This document shows positions 9,189 through 18,648 of a stretch of DNA of 64,000 nucleotides, piece after piece; within the stretch, counting starts at the first letter, position 1, and each line of letters opens with the position of its first letter. A program made the position numbers and the translations under genes. The stretch lies in assembly GCA_963719495.1 (NCBI GenBank), contig CAVRCI010000015.1, positions 32,001 through 96,000 of the forward strand, read 5' to 3'. Under the pieces are notes generated by a model that saw only the letters and a list, made by a program, of their open reading frames with translations, did not search any database and had not been told where the DNA came from. Origin of the DNA: an uncultured Verrucomicrobiae bacterium. Its GTDB lineage: Bacteria; Verrucomicrobiota; Verrucomicrobiia; Chthoniobacterales; JAATET01.

Positions 9189-10514
9189 TCAGCCGTCGCC
9201 GATGGCCTCGTCGAGGACTTCGAGCATGAAGTCGACGTCGTCGGCGTTGACGCACATCGGGGGTTTGATTCGGAGGATATTGCCGTCCAATCCGCCCTTG
9301 CCGATGAGGAGTCCGAGGTCCTTGCAGCGCTCGAAGACTTCGAGGCACAGGGCTTTTGCGGGGGCTTTCGTCTCGCGGTCCTCGACGAGTTCGACGCCGA
9401 TCATGAGGCCGAGTCCGCGGACCTGGCCGATGGCGGGGTGGCGGTCCTGGAGCTTACGCAGTCCGGTGAGGAGGCGTTCGCCCATGGCCAGAGCGTTGGC
9501 TTGGAGACCGTCTTCTTCGATGACTTCGAGGACGGCTTTGCCCTGGGCGCAGGCCATAGGGTTGCCGCCGTAGGTGTTGAAGTGGACGCGGGCGGCGATG
9601 GTTTTCGCGATTTCGGGCGTGGTGACGACGGCTCCGAGCGGGAAGCCGTTGCCGATGCCTTTGGCCATTGTGACGATGTCGGGGATGACGCCCTGGGTCT
9701 CGAAGCCCCAGTAGTGACTGCCCGTGCGGCCGAAGCCGGATTGGACTTCGTCGGCGACGCAGAGGCCGCCCGCGTCGCGGACGTGGCGGTAGGCCTCCTT
9801 GAGGTAGTTTTCGGGGAAAACGACGGCCCCGCCGACGCCCTGGATCGACTCGGCGATGAAGCCGGCGATCTTCCCGGAGGTCGCGAAGCGGATGGTCTCG
9901 CGGATGTCTTCGGCGTAGAGCAGGCCCGAGCCGGGGTCGGTCCAGCGGCCGCGGTAGAGGTCGGGCGCAATGGCGTGGTGGATGCCGAAGGAGTGCGGGA
10001 CGTTGAACTTCCACGTGTGGTGGGAGGTGAGGCCCATCGTGGATTGCGAGCCGCCGTGGTAGCAGTTGCGCAGCGCGAGGAAATCGAAGCTCTCGGTGTA
10101 GGCGCGGGCCATGAGGAGCGCGAGGTCGTTGGCCTCGGAGCCGGAATTGGTGAAGTAGACGACCTTGAGATCACCCGGGAGCGTGGCCGCGAGCTTGGCG
10201 GCGTATTCCGAGATGTTCGGGTGCAGGTAAATGGTGGTGGTGTGCTGGAGGAGTTCGTTCTGGCGGTTGAGGGCGGCGACGACCTTGGGGTGGCAATGCC
10301 CAACGCTGACCGTGACGATGCCGCCGAACGCGTCGAGGAAACGGCGTCCCGTCTCGTCGTAGAGGTATTGCATCTTCCCTTCCACGATCATGATCGGCTC
10401 TTTGTAGAACATGAAAATGCCCGGGTTGACGTGCTGGGCGCGGAGGGCGCGGACCTCGGCTTTCGTCGGGCCGGTGTAGGGAGTGGGCGTGTGATCGAAG
10501 GGCGGAAGAGTCAT
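9189..10514 (-). CDS. Class-III PLP aminotransferase, AGXT2 / beta-alanine aminotransferase-like
   Basis: FLDAFGGIVTVSVGH, NSGSEAN, ESIQGVGG, DEVQSGFGRTG, TMAKGIGNG; ATG 10514 overlaps the permease stop. Confidence 0.9.
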   Translation of the reverse strand: MTLPPFDHTPTPYTGPTKAEVRALRAQHVNPGIFMFYKEPIMIVEGKMQYLYDETGRRFLDAFGGIVTVSVGHCHPKVVAALNRQNELLQHTTTIYLHPNISEYAAKLAATLPGDLKVVYFTNSGSEANDLALLMARAYTESFDFLALRNCYHGGSQSTMGLTSHHTWKFNVPHSFGIHHAIAPDLYRGRWTDPGSGLLYAEDIRETIRFATSGKIAGFIAESIQGVGGAVVFPENYLKEAYRHVRDAGGLCVADEVQSGFGRTGSHYWGFETQGVIPDIVTMAKGIGNGFPLGAVVTTPEIAKTIAARVHFNTYGGNPMACAQGKAVLEVIEEDGLQANALAMGERLLTGLRKLQDRHPAIGQVRGLGLMIGVELVEDRETKAPAKALCLEVFERCKDLGLLIGKGGLDGNILRIKPPMCVNADDVDFMLEVLDEAIGDG

Positions 10515-11989
10515 GAATTGCGGATTGCGGATTGCGGATTGCGGATTTTTGAAAGTGCGAGGTGGAGGGCGAAGGCGATTCCGAAGCCGGAGAACCAACT
10601 GTAGCTGTAGAGGGATACGAAGAAAGTCGGGACCTGGTTGGTGGTGAGGGCGTTGATTGCGACGAGGAAGCCGGGGACGTGCGGGGCGATCGCGAGGAAG
10701 AGGGCGGCGAGGGCGCGGAGGTTGAAGCCGCGGGTGAAGGTGTAGATGCCGTCGGGTTGGTAGAGCGCGTCGGCGTCGAGGCTTTGTTTTCGGACGAGGA
10801 AGTAGTCAGCGATCATGATGCCGCCGATGGGACCTAGCAGGGCGCTGTAGCCAATGAGCCACGCGAAAATGGTGCCCTCGGCGACGAGTTTCCACGGGAA
10901 GACGAGGATGCCGAGCGCCCCGGTGATGAGGCCGCCGATTTTGAAACTGATGTGGCGGGGGAGAAGGTTGGAGAAATCGTTGGCGGGCGAGACGACGTTG
11001 GCGGCGATGTTGGTCGTGAGGGTCGCGATGACGAGGGCGATCAGGCCGGGGACGACGATCCACGGGCTGTCGAAGCGGCCGAGCAGCGCGACGGGGTCGG
11101 CGATGGCTTCGCCGAAGACGACGACCGTGGCGCTGGTGGTCGCGATGCCGATGAAGGCGTAGAGCGCCATGGTGCCGGGCATGCCGATGCCCTGGCCGAG
11201 GACCTGATCGCGCTGGCTTTTCGCGAAGCGGGAGAAGTCGGGGATGTTGAGCGAGAGGGTGGCCCAGTAACCGACCATCGCGGTGAGGCCGGGGATGAAG
11301 ACGGGCCAGAACTCGCCGACGGTCGCGAATTTCGACGGTTGACTCAACATCGGTCCGAACCCGTCGGCGGCGAACCACGCCCACCCGAGGAGGCCGAAGC
11401 CGACGGCGAGGAGGAAGGGCGCGCCGAGCGCTTCGAGCCAACGGATGCAGTCGATGCCGCGCACGACGACGGCCATGTTGATGACCCAGAAGATCATGAA
11501 GCACGTGAACTGGCCGCCGGAGATGCCGAGGATCGGGAGCGGCGTCGCGGCGGCGGCGTCGAATCCGGCGACGATGGCGGTCATCTGGTAGATCGCGCTG
11601 CCGCCGATCCACGTCTGGATGCCGAACCACCCGCAGGCGACGATGGCGCGCATGAGGGCAGGGATGTTAGACCCGAAAACGCCGAAGGACGAGCGGAGGA
11701 GGACCGGGAAGGGGATGCCGTAGGCGGTGCCGGCGCGGGCGTTGAGCGCGAGCGGGACGAGGACGATGAGGTTGCCGAGGAGGACGGTGAGGGTGGCCTG
11801 CCACCAATTCATGCCGGCGTCGATGAGGCCGCCGGCGATCATGTAGGTCGGAATGCAGACGGCCATGCCGACCCAGAGAGCGGCGATGTGCCACTTGCCC
11901 CAGGTGCGCTCGGTCAGCGGGACCGGGGCGAGGTCGGGATTCCAGAGGGAGGTAGCGGGAGCGGTGGCGGGGGGCGGAACGGACGGCAT
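10511..11989 (-). CDS. NCS1 family nucleobase:cation symporter
   Basis: WNPDLAP, GIPFPVLLRSSFG, CGWFGIQTWIGG, LNIPDFSRF, NIAANVVSPANDFSN. Confidence 0.92.
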   Translation of the reverse strand: MPSVPPPATAPATSLWNPDLAPVPLTERTWGKWHIAALWVGMAVCIPTYMIAGGLIDAGMNWWQATLTVLLGNLIVLVPLALNARAGTAYGIPFPVLLRSSFGVFGSNIPALMRAIVACGWFGIQTWIGGSAIYQMTAIVAGFDAAAATPLPILGISGGQFTCFMIFWVINMAVVVRGIDCIRWLEALGAPFLLAVGFGLLGWAWFAADGFGPMLSQPSKFATVGEFWPVFIPGLTAMVGYWATLSLNIPDFSRFAKSQRDQVLGQGIGMPGTMALYAFIGIATTSATVVVFGEAIADPVALLGRFDSPWIVVPGLIALVIATLTTNIAANVVSPANDFSNLLPRHISFKIGGLITGALGILVFPWKLVAEGTIFAWLIGYSALLGPIGGIMIADYFLVRKQSLDADALYQPDGIYTFTRGFNLRALAALFLAIAPHVPGFLVAINALTTNQVPTFFVSLYSYSWFSGFGIAFALHLALSKIRNPQSAIRNS

Positions 11990-12048
11990 GGGGACGGCTG
12001 GGATTGTGGGAAGCAATTCGGGTGCCGGGTGGGGGTAGGGCAGCGTTT

Positions 12049-12084
12049 ACCGATAAAACGTAACGGCCGTTACGTTTTATCGGT
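12049..12084. repeat. Perfect 36-bp palindrome
   Basis: ACCGATAAAACGTAACGGCCGTTACGTTTTATCGGT equals its own reverse complement. Confidence 0.95.
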
Positions 12085-12193
12085 TGATTCGAGACGGCAG
12101 ATTTCCCGCGGTCGCGGGGGGGGCAGCTTGGCGGGAGGTTGGCGTTGCCCGCGGCTCGCGAGGGCGCTCGCTCTCCCGGGCGGGAGCGTGGGT

Positions 12194-13129
12194 TCAGCGA
12201 GGCTCGGTGACGAGGTCGCGTTCGGGGAACTGGAAATCCTTCAGGTCGATGCTGCTCGAGGGGTAGGCGTCGGCAACGGCGGTGGTGGCGTTGCCGAAAA
12301 CGATGATGGCGGTCTTCCAGCGGTTGGCTCCGCGGTCGATTTCCTCCGGGATCGGGAAATAGATTTCGAAGTCCTCACCGTCGGACCAGCGGGCGGGGAG
12401 GGCGGCGTAGGTGCCGCCGCGGTTGACCTCGACCTGGGGTGGCTTCTTCCACTCCAAGAGCTTGGAGCCCGATCCGTCGTAGAAGTAGGCGCGGGCGTAG
12501 AAGCCGCCAGCTTCGCTGCCGGAATCGATCCGGGCGACGACTTTGAGCGTGTTGAGGCCGTTCTTCCATTCCTTGCCGACCCAGGCGTTCATGCCGTTGC
12601 GGAAGCGGGAGATTCGCTTGATGACCGGGACGGCGGTGACGCTGGGATCGCCCTCGCGTTTTTTGGTCGCGGTGAGTTCGAAGTTTTCGGCTTTCGCCGA
12701 GGAGGGGTAGGCGGAGAGGGCGGTGGAGCCGCCGTTGGAGATTTCGACGACGAACGTTTTCCAGCGCGATCCGGAATCGGTGGCGGATGGCGGGACCGCG
12801 AAAAAGACTTCGTAGGTTTTGCCAGCGGCGAGGTTGGACGGAAGCGATTGGTAATTGCCGGACGTCACTTCCGTGCGGGGCGGCTTGTCGAACGTGGCGA
12901 GCGGTTGGCCGTCGGAATCGAAGAAGCCGGCTTTGAAGGCGGGCGTGCCGGGAATGGGTTCGTCGACGGTGAAGCGGACGCGCATCGTGTCGAGTCCGGT
13001 GTGCCAGCCGTTGTCGACGAAGGACCAACCGGCGGAGCGGCCGCGATCGATGGTGCGGACGTTGATCGGATCGGCGACCGCGAGCGAGATGGTGACGAGC
13101 AGGGCGGCGAGGGAGATTGGGAGGCGCAT
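12194..13129 (-). CDS. Secreted hypothetical protein made of two tandem homologous domains
   Basis: Signal peptide, then two copies of W..GL.T..V / KPP..EV..G.Y..LP / WKT / AYPSS. Confidence 0.75.
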   Translation of the reverse strand: MRLPISLAALLVTISLAVADPINVRTIDRGRSAGWSFVDNGWHTGLDTMRVRFTVDEPIPGTPAFKAGFFDSDGQPLATFDKPPRTEVTSGNYQSLPSNLAAGKTYEVFFAVPPSATDSGSRWKTFVVEISNGGSTALSAYPSSAKAENFELTATKKREGDPSVTAVPVIKRISRFRNGMNAWVGKEWKNGLNTLKVVARIDSGSEAGGFYARAYFYDGSGSKLLEWKKPPQVEVNRGGTYAALPARWSDGEDFEIYFPIPEEIDRGANRWKTAIIVFGNATTAVADAYPSSSIDLKDFQFPERDLVTEPR

Positions 13130-13183
13130 CGGTTGGCTGGATACCGAATCACGCGAAGGTCGGGAAGCAGGAAAACCGGGGCG

Positions 13184-15370
13184 TCAGCGGGCGCGGCTCT
13201 GGAGGAACATGCGGGCCTGCTCGATGTTTTCGAGGCTGAGGAGGCGGTCGCGGTTCTTTTGGTCGCCGCAGAAGCGGGCGATCTCGGCCAGGGTGGCCAG
13301 GTGGCCTTCGGGGTCGCCGGCTGGGCTGATGAGGAAGAAGACGAGGCGGATGGGCTCGTTTTCGCCGGGGAGGGCGAGGCCCTCCGGGAGGCGGGCGAAG
13401 ATGCAGAGTCGGTTCGGATTGCTGCGATTGTAGATGTGGGGGATCGCGATGCCGTGGCCGATGATGTTGGGGACGAGCTTCCCGGGTTGGGTGATCTCGC
13501 TGAGGCTCTCGTCCTTCGAGATGGAGGGGATGAGCTCGACGGCGATTTCGAGGATTTGCTCGTAGAGGTGGTGGAGGTCGGTGGCGGCGAGATCGACGGC
13601 GGATCCGGCCTGGAGGCTGCGGGAGAGGAAGCCGGCGTCGCGCTCGAGGACGAGGACGCGGTCGCCCTTCTGCACGACGTCGCTGTCCTTGCGATTGGTG
13701 ACGGGGCGGGCGAGGCCCTTGCGGGCGATGACAAGTGGGAATCCGCCGATGTCGGAGCCGTCGGATGTGGCGCTCCAGACGCGGGCTTCGCCGTCGACGA
13801 GCTCGGCGGAGATGACGGTGGGGCGGGCGAGGCCGGGAAAGGCGATGTCGCCCACCTGGCCGCGGTCGTCGGAGGTGAGGTCGCGGTTGCCGCTCCAGCG
13901 GTAGACGGATTCGTGGATGTCGAGGGCGTCGCCCCAGCGCTGGCAGAGGAGTTCGTTGAGTTCGGTGTTGTCGGTGAGCGCGAGGAGGTGGCCGACTTTG
14001 AGAAATTCGCCGCGTTCCTCAATGAGGTCGACGTTGCGGGCGTCCTCGCAGATGGCGGGGAGGCCGCCGCGCTTGGCTTCGGCGATCAGGCGGGAGTTCG
14101 TGTCGATGAGGAGGACATCGAGCTTCGCTTCGTCGCGGAGGAATCGGGCGATGCGGCGGTTGATCGCGCTGGCTCCGGCGATCATCCAACCGGTCGGGTC
14201 GGGCCGCTTGAGGCCGAGGAGTCGGGCGACCCAGCCGGCGGAGAAGCCCTGGAGAATGACCGTCGCGACGATCGTCGAATAGGTGAGGGTTTCGATGAGT
14301 TCCGGGTTGCCGGAAAGGCTTTCGTCGCCCTCCAACCCGAGGGCAAACAGGGAGGCCATCGAGGCGGCGACGATGCCGCGGGGGGCAACCCAGGAGAGGA
14401 AGAGGCGCTCCTTGAACGTGAGATCGGTGCCCCACGTCGAGACGATGATGTTGAGCGGTCGGATGATGAAGACGATGGCGGCGACGACGAGGACGCCCTC
14501 CCAGCCGGCGTCGGCGAACTGGCTGAGCTCGAGACGTCCCGCGAGGACGATGAAGAGGAGGCCGATGAGGAGGTCGGTGATCTCGGCTTTGAACTGGCGG
14601 ATCTGCTTGAGCTCGGCGGGCTGGAGCACGCCGACGACGAATCCGGCGACGGTCACCGCGAGCAGGCCCGCCTCGGAGATAATGAACTCGGCCACTCCGA
14701 AAATCGCCATCGCGCCACCGAGCGCGAAGGCGTTTGCGAGGTTGCGGGGGACGAGTTGCCAGCGGAAGGCCTGCACGATGCCCCAACCTCCGATGACGCC
14801 CAGGATGATGCCGGACGCGGAACGCAGCGCGAAATTTCCGAAGACGCGCCCGCCGTCGTGACCCACGATCCACTCGTAGCAGAGCAGGGCGATGAAAACG
14901 CCGATCGGATCGATCATGACACCTTCCCAGTGGAGGATATCGTGGAGGCGCTGCTTGACCTTGATTCGTTTGAGGAGGGGCGCGATGACCGTTGGTCCCG
15001 TCACGATGACGAGACTGCCCGCGAGGAGCGAAAAGGCCCAACTGACGTTGAAAAGAACGCCGACGCACAGCGACACGCCCAGCCACGTCGTGATGACGCC
15101 CACGGTGAGAAGCCGCGGAATGACCTTCGATCCGGCCGTGTAACCGCGCAGATCGAGGGTGAGTCCGCCTTCGAAGAGAATGAGTCCGACGGCCAGCGAG
15201 ACGATCACCGAGAGGATTGGGCCGAGGCTCTCCGGGTCCGTGACGCCAAGGCACTCGGGTCCGAGAACGACTCCGCCGAGCAGCAGCAGCACGATGCCGG
15301 GGAAATTTAATTGCCGCGCGATGACGATGAAAAAAATCCCCGCCGCGATGGCGACCGCCAGCGTTTGCAT
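13184..15370 (-). CDS. CPA1 (NhaP-like) cation:proton antiporter with a TrkA-N-like domain and a C-terminal PTS EIIA(Ntr/Fru) domain
   Basis: ILFEGG, VTGPTVI, WEGVMIDP, WVAPRGIVAAS; C-terminal GHGIAIPH...LVFFL...HLATLAEIAR. Start taken at ATG 15370 (MQTLAVA). Confidence 0.88.
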   Translation of the reverse strand: MQTLAVAIAAGIFFIVIARQLNFPGIVLLLLGGVVLGPECLGVTDPESLGPILSVIVSLAVGLILFEGGLTLDLRGYTAGSKVIPRLLTVGVITTWLGVSLCVGVLFNVSWAFSLLAGSLVIVTGPTVIAPLLKRIKVKQRLHDILHWEGVMIDPIGVFIALLCYEWIVGHDGGRVFGNFALRSASGIILGVIGGWGIVQAFRWQLVPRNLANAFALGGAMAIFGVAEFIISEAGLLAVTVAGFVVGVLQPAELKQIRQFKAEITDLLIGLLFIVLAGRLELSQFADAGWEGVLVVAAIVFIIRPLNIIVSTWGTDLTFKERLFLSWVAPRGIVAASMASLFALGLEGDESLSGNPELIETLTYSTIVATVILQGFSAGWVARLLGLKRPDPTGWMIAGASAINRRIARFLRDEAKLDVLLIDTNSRLIAEAKRGGLPAICEDARNVDLIEERGEFLKVGHLLALTDNTELNELLCQRWGDALDIHESVYRWSGNRDLTSDDRGQVGDIAFPGLARPTVISAELVDGEARVWSATSDGSDIGGFPLVIARKGLARPVTNRKDSDVVQKGDRVLVLERDAGFLSRSLQAGSAVDLAATDLHHLYEQILEIAVELIPSISKDESLSEITQPGKLVPNIIGHGIAIPHIYNRSNPNRLCIFARLPEGLALPGENEPIRLVFFLISPAGDPEGHLATLAEIARFCGDQKNRDRLLSLENIEQARMFLQSRAR

Positions 15371-15565
15371 GGCGGCGTGGGAGACGGGCAGATTCAAATC
15401 CGCCGCGGCCAGAAAGGGTGCAAAAGATCCGATCACGCTTCGAAAAAGTGGCTTCGCTGGTAGGTCGTTTTCGGCATCGGCGGGGAGTGTCGGCGAAGGT
15501 TTTCGGAATAGCCAGTGCGGATCCACGTGTCGGCGCGGGCGTTTTTTTGGTAAAGCCGTCGGGGT

Positions 15566-15922
15566 ATGTTGCGGATTTACGTTCTTGAAAATTGCGACAC
15601 GTGCCGTCGGGCCGTGAGGTATCTCAACGATCGCGGAGTGGCCTTCGAAGCGGTGCCGATCCGGGATCAGGCACCGACGCTTGAGGAGTTGAAGCTCGTC
15701 CTGCGGGACATGGGCGGGGAGATCCGGGGACTCTTCAACGTGTCGGGGCGGGCTTACCGCGAGGCCGGGCTCGCCGCGCGGTTGCCGACGCTTTCGGTCG
15801 ACGAGGCGTTCGCGGAATTGGCGGCGGATGGGAATCTGGTGAAACGACCTTTCGCGGTCGACGGGACGCGGGGTATGGCCGGATTCGACCCGGATCGGTG
15901 GGGGGAATTGTTCGTCCCGTAA
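15566..15922 (+). CDS. ArsC/Spx family protein
   Basis: NCDTCRRA, FNVSGRAYR, NLVKRP. Confidence 0.9.
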   Translation: MLRIYVLENCDTCRRAVRYLNDRGVAFEAVPIRDQAPTLEELKLVLRDMGGEIRGLFNVSGRAYREAGLAARLPTLSVDEAFAELAADGNLVKRPFAVDGTRGMAGFDPDRWGELFVP

Positions 15923-16039
15923 GCGGGTTTGGCTCACGCCAACCTTCCGAAGAAATCAGACTCTGGCGGCTGAATATGAATCGGCTTTCAGCCGATTTTG
16001 GTTTGGCGATCGGCTGGAAGCCGATTCCACGGGCGTTGG

Positions 16040-16660
16040 TCATTCGGCGGGTTTTGGGGTGGGTTCTGTCGACCCACGCATCCAATCGGCGACACCCGCC
16101 GTCGGGTCAGCCTGCGCTTTGACCTGAGTGAGGATGCCACGGGCGTTGGCGGCGTTCGGGCTGGTCGGGAAGCGGCGCAGGTAATCCTCGAGCAGCTCGG
16201 CGGCGCGGGGAGCGTCACCGAGTTTTTCCATCTGGATCGTGGCGGCGTTGAAGAAACTGATCTCGTGCCGGGGATCCTGGCGCTGGGCGATCTCGTATTG
16301 GGCGATGGCGTCGTTCGGCTGGTTGCTGAAGCGGTAGCAATTCCCGAGGTCGGTGCGGACGTCGGCGTTGTCGAGGCCGAGGGCGATCGTGCGCTGGTAG
16401 AGCTCGATGGCGCGGGGCCACTCCTGGCGGTCGTAGGCCTGGTTGGCGGCGGTGAGGGTCTCGGCGGGAGATTGGGGCGACGTCGTCGGGGCCGACGTGG
16501 TGGGAATCGGCGGGAGCGCGTGCGTCGCGGTGGATGGGGCGGGCGGCGGGAGCGGGGTGGAATCTTGGCGGAGAACGAGCCAGGTCGTCAGCACGCCGGC
16601 GGCGAAGGCGACGACGGCCGTGAGTAGGATGGACGGGAGCGTGACGGAAGGTGCGGCCAT
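16040..16660 (-). CDS. Membrane-anchored tetratricopeptide-repeat protein
   Basis: N-terminal TM, Pro/Thr linker and TPR motifs (AIELYQR, DLGNCY, YLRRFP). Confidence 0.8.
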   Translation of the reverse strand: MAAPSVTLPSILLTAVVAFAAGVLTTWLVLRQDSTPLPPPAPSTATHALPPIPTTSAPTTSPQSPAETLTAANQAYDRQEWPRAIELYQRTIALGLDNADVRTDLGNCYRFSNQPNDAIAQYEIAQRQDPRHEISFFNAATIQMEKLGDAPRAAELLEDYLRRFPTSPNAANARGILTQVKAQADPTAGVADWMRGSTEPTPKPAE

Positions 16661-16736
16661 GGGTGGGAAAGTGTCACCCGAACCGGACGCGGCGCAAGTC
16701 GGGGGTGGGGCGGCGGCGGATTCTTGCGAATTTTGT

Positions 16737-16762
16737 GAGGGATCGGTGGTATTGAATCGTTT
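16737..16762 (+). promoter_or_regulatory. Putative ECF-sigma promoter GAGGGA-N15-CGTTT (copy 1)
   Basis: Motif ends 8 nt before ATG 16771; the same motif and spacing recur at 18799 and 20066. Confidence 0.7.
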
Positions 16763-16770
16763 TACCGACG

Positions 16771-17103
16771 ATGAAGACCGAACTCGACGCCCTGCTTGCC
16801 GCCTCGCGGAACCGCGCGATGCCCGATCTGCCGGGCGCGTTCTCGGCGGACGTCCTGCGCGAGATTCGGTTGCGCCGAGCGGACGGAGCGGCTCACCATC
16901 CGTGGTGGGTCGATCTGCTGGATCTCGCGCGGCGGCCGGCGCTCGTCGCCGCCGGTGTCGGATTTGCTTTGGTCGTCGGGATCCTCACTCCGATGATCGC
17001 GGGAACTTCGGTCGCGGCGGACGGGCGGCAATTTTCGGAATTCAGCATCTTCTCCAGCGCCGCGCCGAACCTCCCCTCCGGCCTGCTGGCTCGAGCGCGA
17101 TGA
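16771..17103 (+). CDS. Putative single-TM anti-sigma factor (CnrY-like position)
   Basis: 110 aa with one TM segment; first gene of the anti-sigma / sensor / sigma triad. Confidence 0.6.
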   Translation: MKTELDALLAASRNRAMPDLPGAFSADVLREIRLRRADGAAHHPWWVDLLDLARRPALVAAGVGFALVVGILTPMIAGTSVAADGRQFSEFSIFSSAAPNLPSGLLARAR

Positions 17104-17573
17104 AACGCATTCCATCGCTCATCCTGTTTTTCGGCCTCGTCGTCGTCGTTGCGGCGTGCGCGGCCGGGGTCTGCGCGTGGGTTTGTTCCCAGTCGCAGCG
17201 GCCCGCTCCGATGATGTCGGCCCATGATCTGATTCACACTCAGCTGGGATTGACCGACGAACAAACGGCCGCGCTGGAGCCCATCGAGGAATCTTACGCC
17301 GAGCGGCGCGGGGGCCTCGAGCGGGCGCTCGACGAAGCGAATGGCGCGCTCGCCGATGCGATCGTCGCCGACGGGCGCGACTCGGAGGGCGTGCATCGGG
17401 CGATCGAGGAGATCCATTCGCGGATGGGTGATTTGCAGAAGGAAACCATCGGTCACGTCTTCGCGATGCGGGCCGTGCTGACTCCGGATCAATACGACCA
17501 GCTCATCGCGCTGACCGCCGAGGCGCTCCGCGGGGCCGACACCGACACCGGGGAGCATGCCCACTCCCACTGA
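17100..17573 (+). CDS. Periplasmic heavy-metal sensor, CnrX/NccX-like
   Basis: N-terminal anchor; HDLIH, LEPIE and LQKETIGHVFAMRAVL match the His-His-Glu-His-Met ligand pattern of CnrX. Confidence 0.85.
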   Translation: MKRIPSLILFFGLVVVVAACAAGVCAWVCSQSQRPAPMMSAHDLIHTQLGLTDEQTAALEPIEESYAERRGGLERALDEANGALADAIVADGRDSEGVHRAIEEIHSRMGDLQKETIGHVFAMRAVLTPDQYDQLIALTAEALRGADTDTGEHAHSH

Positions 17574-18159
17574 GCCGGAGGAGGTCGATGACTGGGAACT
17601 CGCCGCCCTCGCGCGCAGCGGCGACGAGTCGGCTTACGAGGTTCTCATTAGTCGGCACCAACGGGGGATTCACGCGTTCATTTTCCGCTCGGTCGGTGAC
17701 CACGAGACCGCGGCGGATCTGGCGCAGGAGGTGTTCGTGCGGGCGTGGTTCGCGCTCGAGCGCGTCGTGCCGAAGGCAAAGTTCAGCACGTGGCTCTTCC
17801 AGATCGCGATCAACCTCTGCCGCGATCAGGCGAAGTCCAAGGCCGGTCGCCAGGCGCGACTGAACGATCCGCTCGTGCGCCGCGGCGGCGACGGCGAGGA
17901 GATCGAACGCGACCTCCCGCACCCCGGGTCGTCACCCGCCGCCGAGGCGCAGCACGCCGAGCTCGTCGCCGCCCTCGACGCAGAAATCGCCCGCCTCCCG
18001 CCCGACCAGCGCGAGGCGTTCGTGCTCGGGGTCCTCACCGGCCACTCGCACAAGGAGATCGCCGAAATGCTCCGCCTCACCCCCAAAGCCGTCGAAGTCC
18101 GCATCTACCGAGCGCGCCAGACCCTCGCCGCCCGCCTCGAACTCCGCGGCATTCGGTGA
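17557..18159 (+). CDS. ECF sigma-70 factor (CnrH/RpoE-like)
   Basis: AADLAQEVFVRAW, FSTWLFQIAINLCRD, region-4 HTH SHKEIAEML...VEVRIYRAR. Confidence 0.92.
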   Translation: MPTPTEPEEVDDWELAALARSGDESAYEVLISRHQRGIHAFIFRSVGDHETAADLAQEVFVRAWFALERVVPKAKFSTWLFQIAINLCRDQAKSKAGRQARLNDPLVRRGGDGEEIERDLPHPGSSPAAEAQHAELVAALDAEIARLPPDQREAFVLGVLTGHSHKEIAEMLRLTPKAVEVRIYRARQTLAARLELRGIR

Positions 18160-18414
18160 CGTCGGACGTCACGAATCGGGACCGAGGGACGGAAAGGGTG
18201 TCGCAATTGAAGCGGTCGGCCAGATTTGGAGTCACGAAGCTGAAACGCTACCGACCCCGCTGATCGCTACCGGGGCGGCTCGGCTGATTGCAACCCAATG
18301 CCGCGGCAGATTGCTACCTTGCTACCGCGAACATCGTTGGTGTCGATTGCTCCAGCTCGCGCGTCTTCCGCTGCTAGTTCGTGTCAGTCGCGAGTCAATC
18401 TGCCGGCCAGTAGA

Positions 18415-18648
18415 TTAAATTTTCCGACTTTCCTTCTTTGCTCGTTTTTCGAGTGCTGAAATGATTTTGAGATAGTCCCATTCGACACGATCCAACGTGA
18501 GGGCTTGGTGTCTCTTCAGTTCCTGCGTGGTCTTCGCTTTGGCCTGATCGAGCAAGGGGCCTCGCTTGCGCTCTTTTCGAACTGTCAACTGCTGGTTGAC
18601 ACTTGCCTGCTCAGTCGGTTCTTGATCCCTGAAAATCACGCCGGTCAT
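18415..18648 (-). CDS. Small hypothetical protein in a lower-GC segment
   Basis: 77-aa basic ORF with atypical codon usage; no motif recognised. Confidence 0.25.
   Translation of the reverse strand: MTGVIFRDQEPTEQASVNQQLTVRKERKRGPLLDQAKAKTTQELKRHQALTLDRVEWDYLKIISALEKRAKKESRKI

Noticed and set aside
10952..15310. 1452-aa plus-strand ORF
   Set aside because: It is the antisense shadow of the NCS1, hypothetical and antiporter genes, has no motifs, and is typical of high-GC DNA
18184..18209. Fourth GAGGGA promoter copy
   Set aside because: There is no CGTTT at the 15-nt spacing and no downstream plus-strand gene
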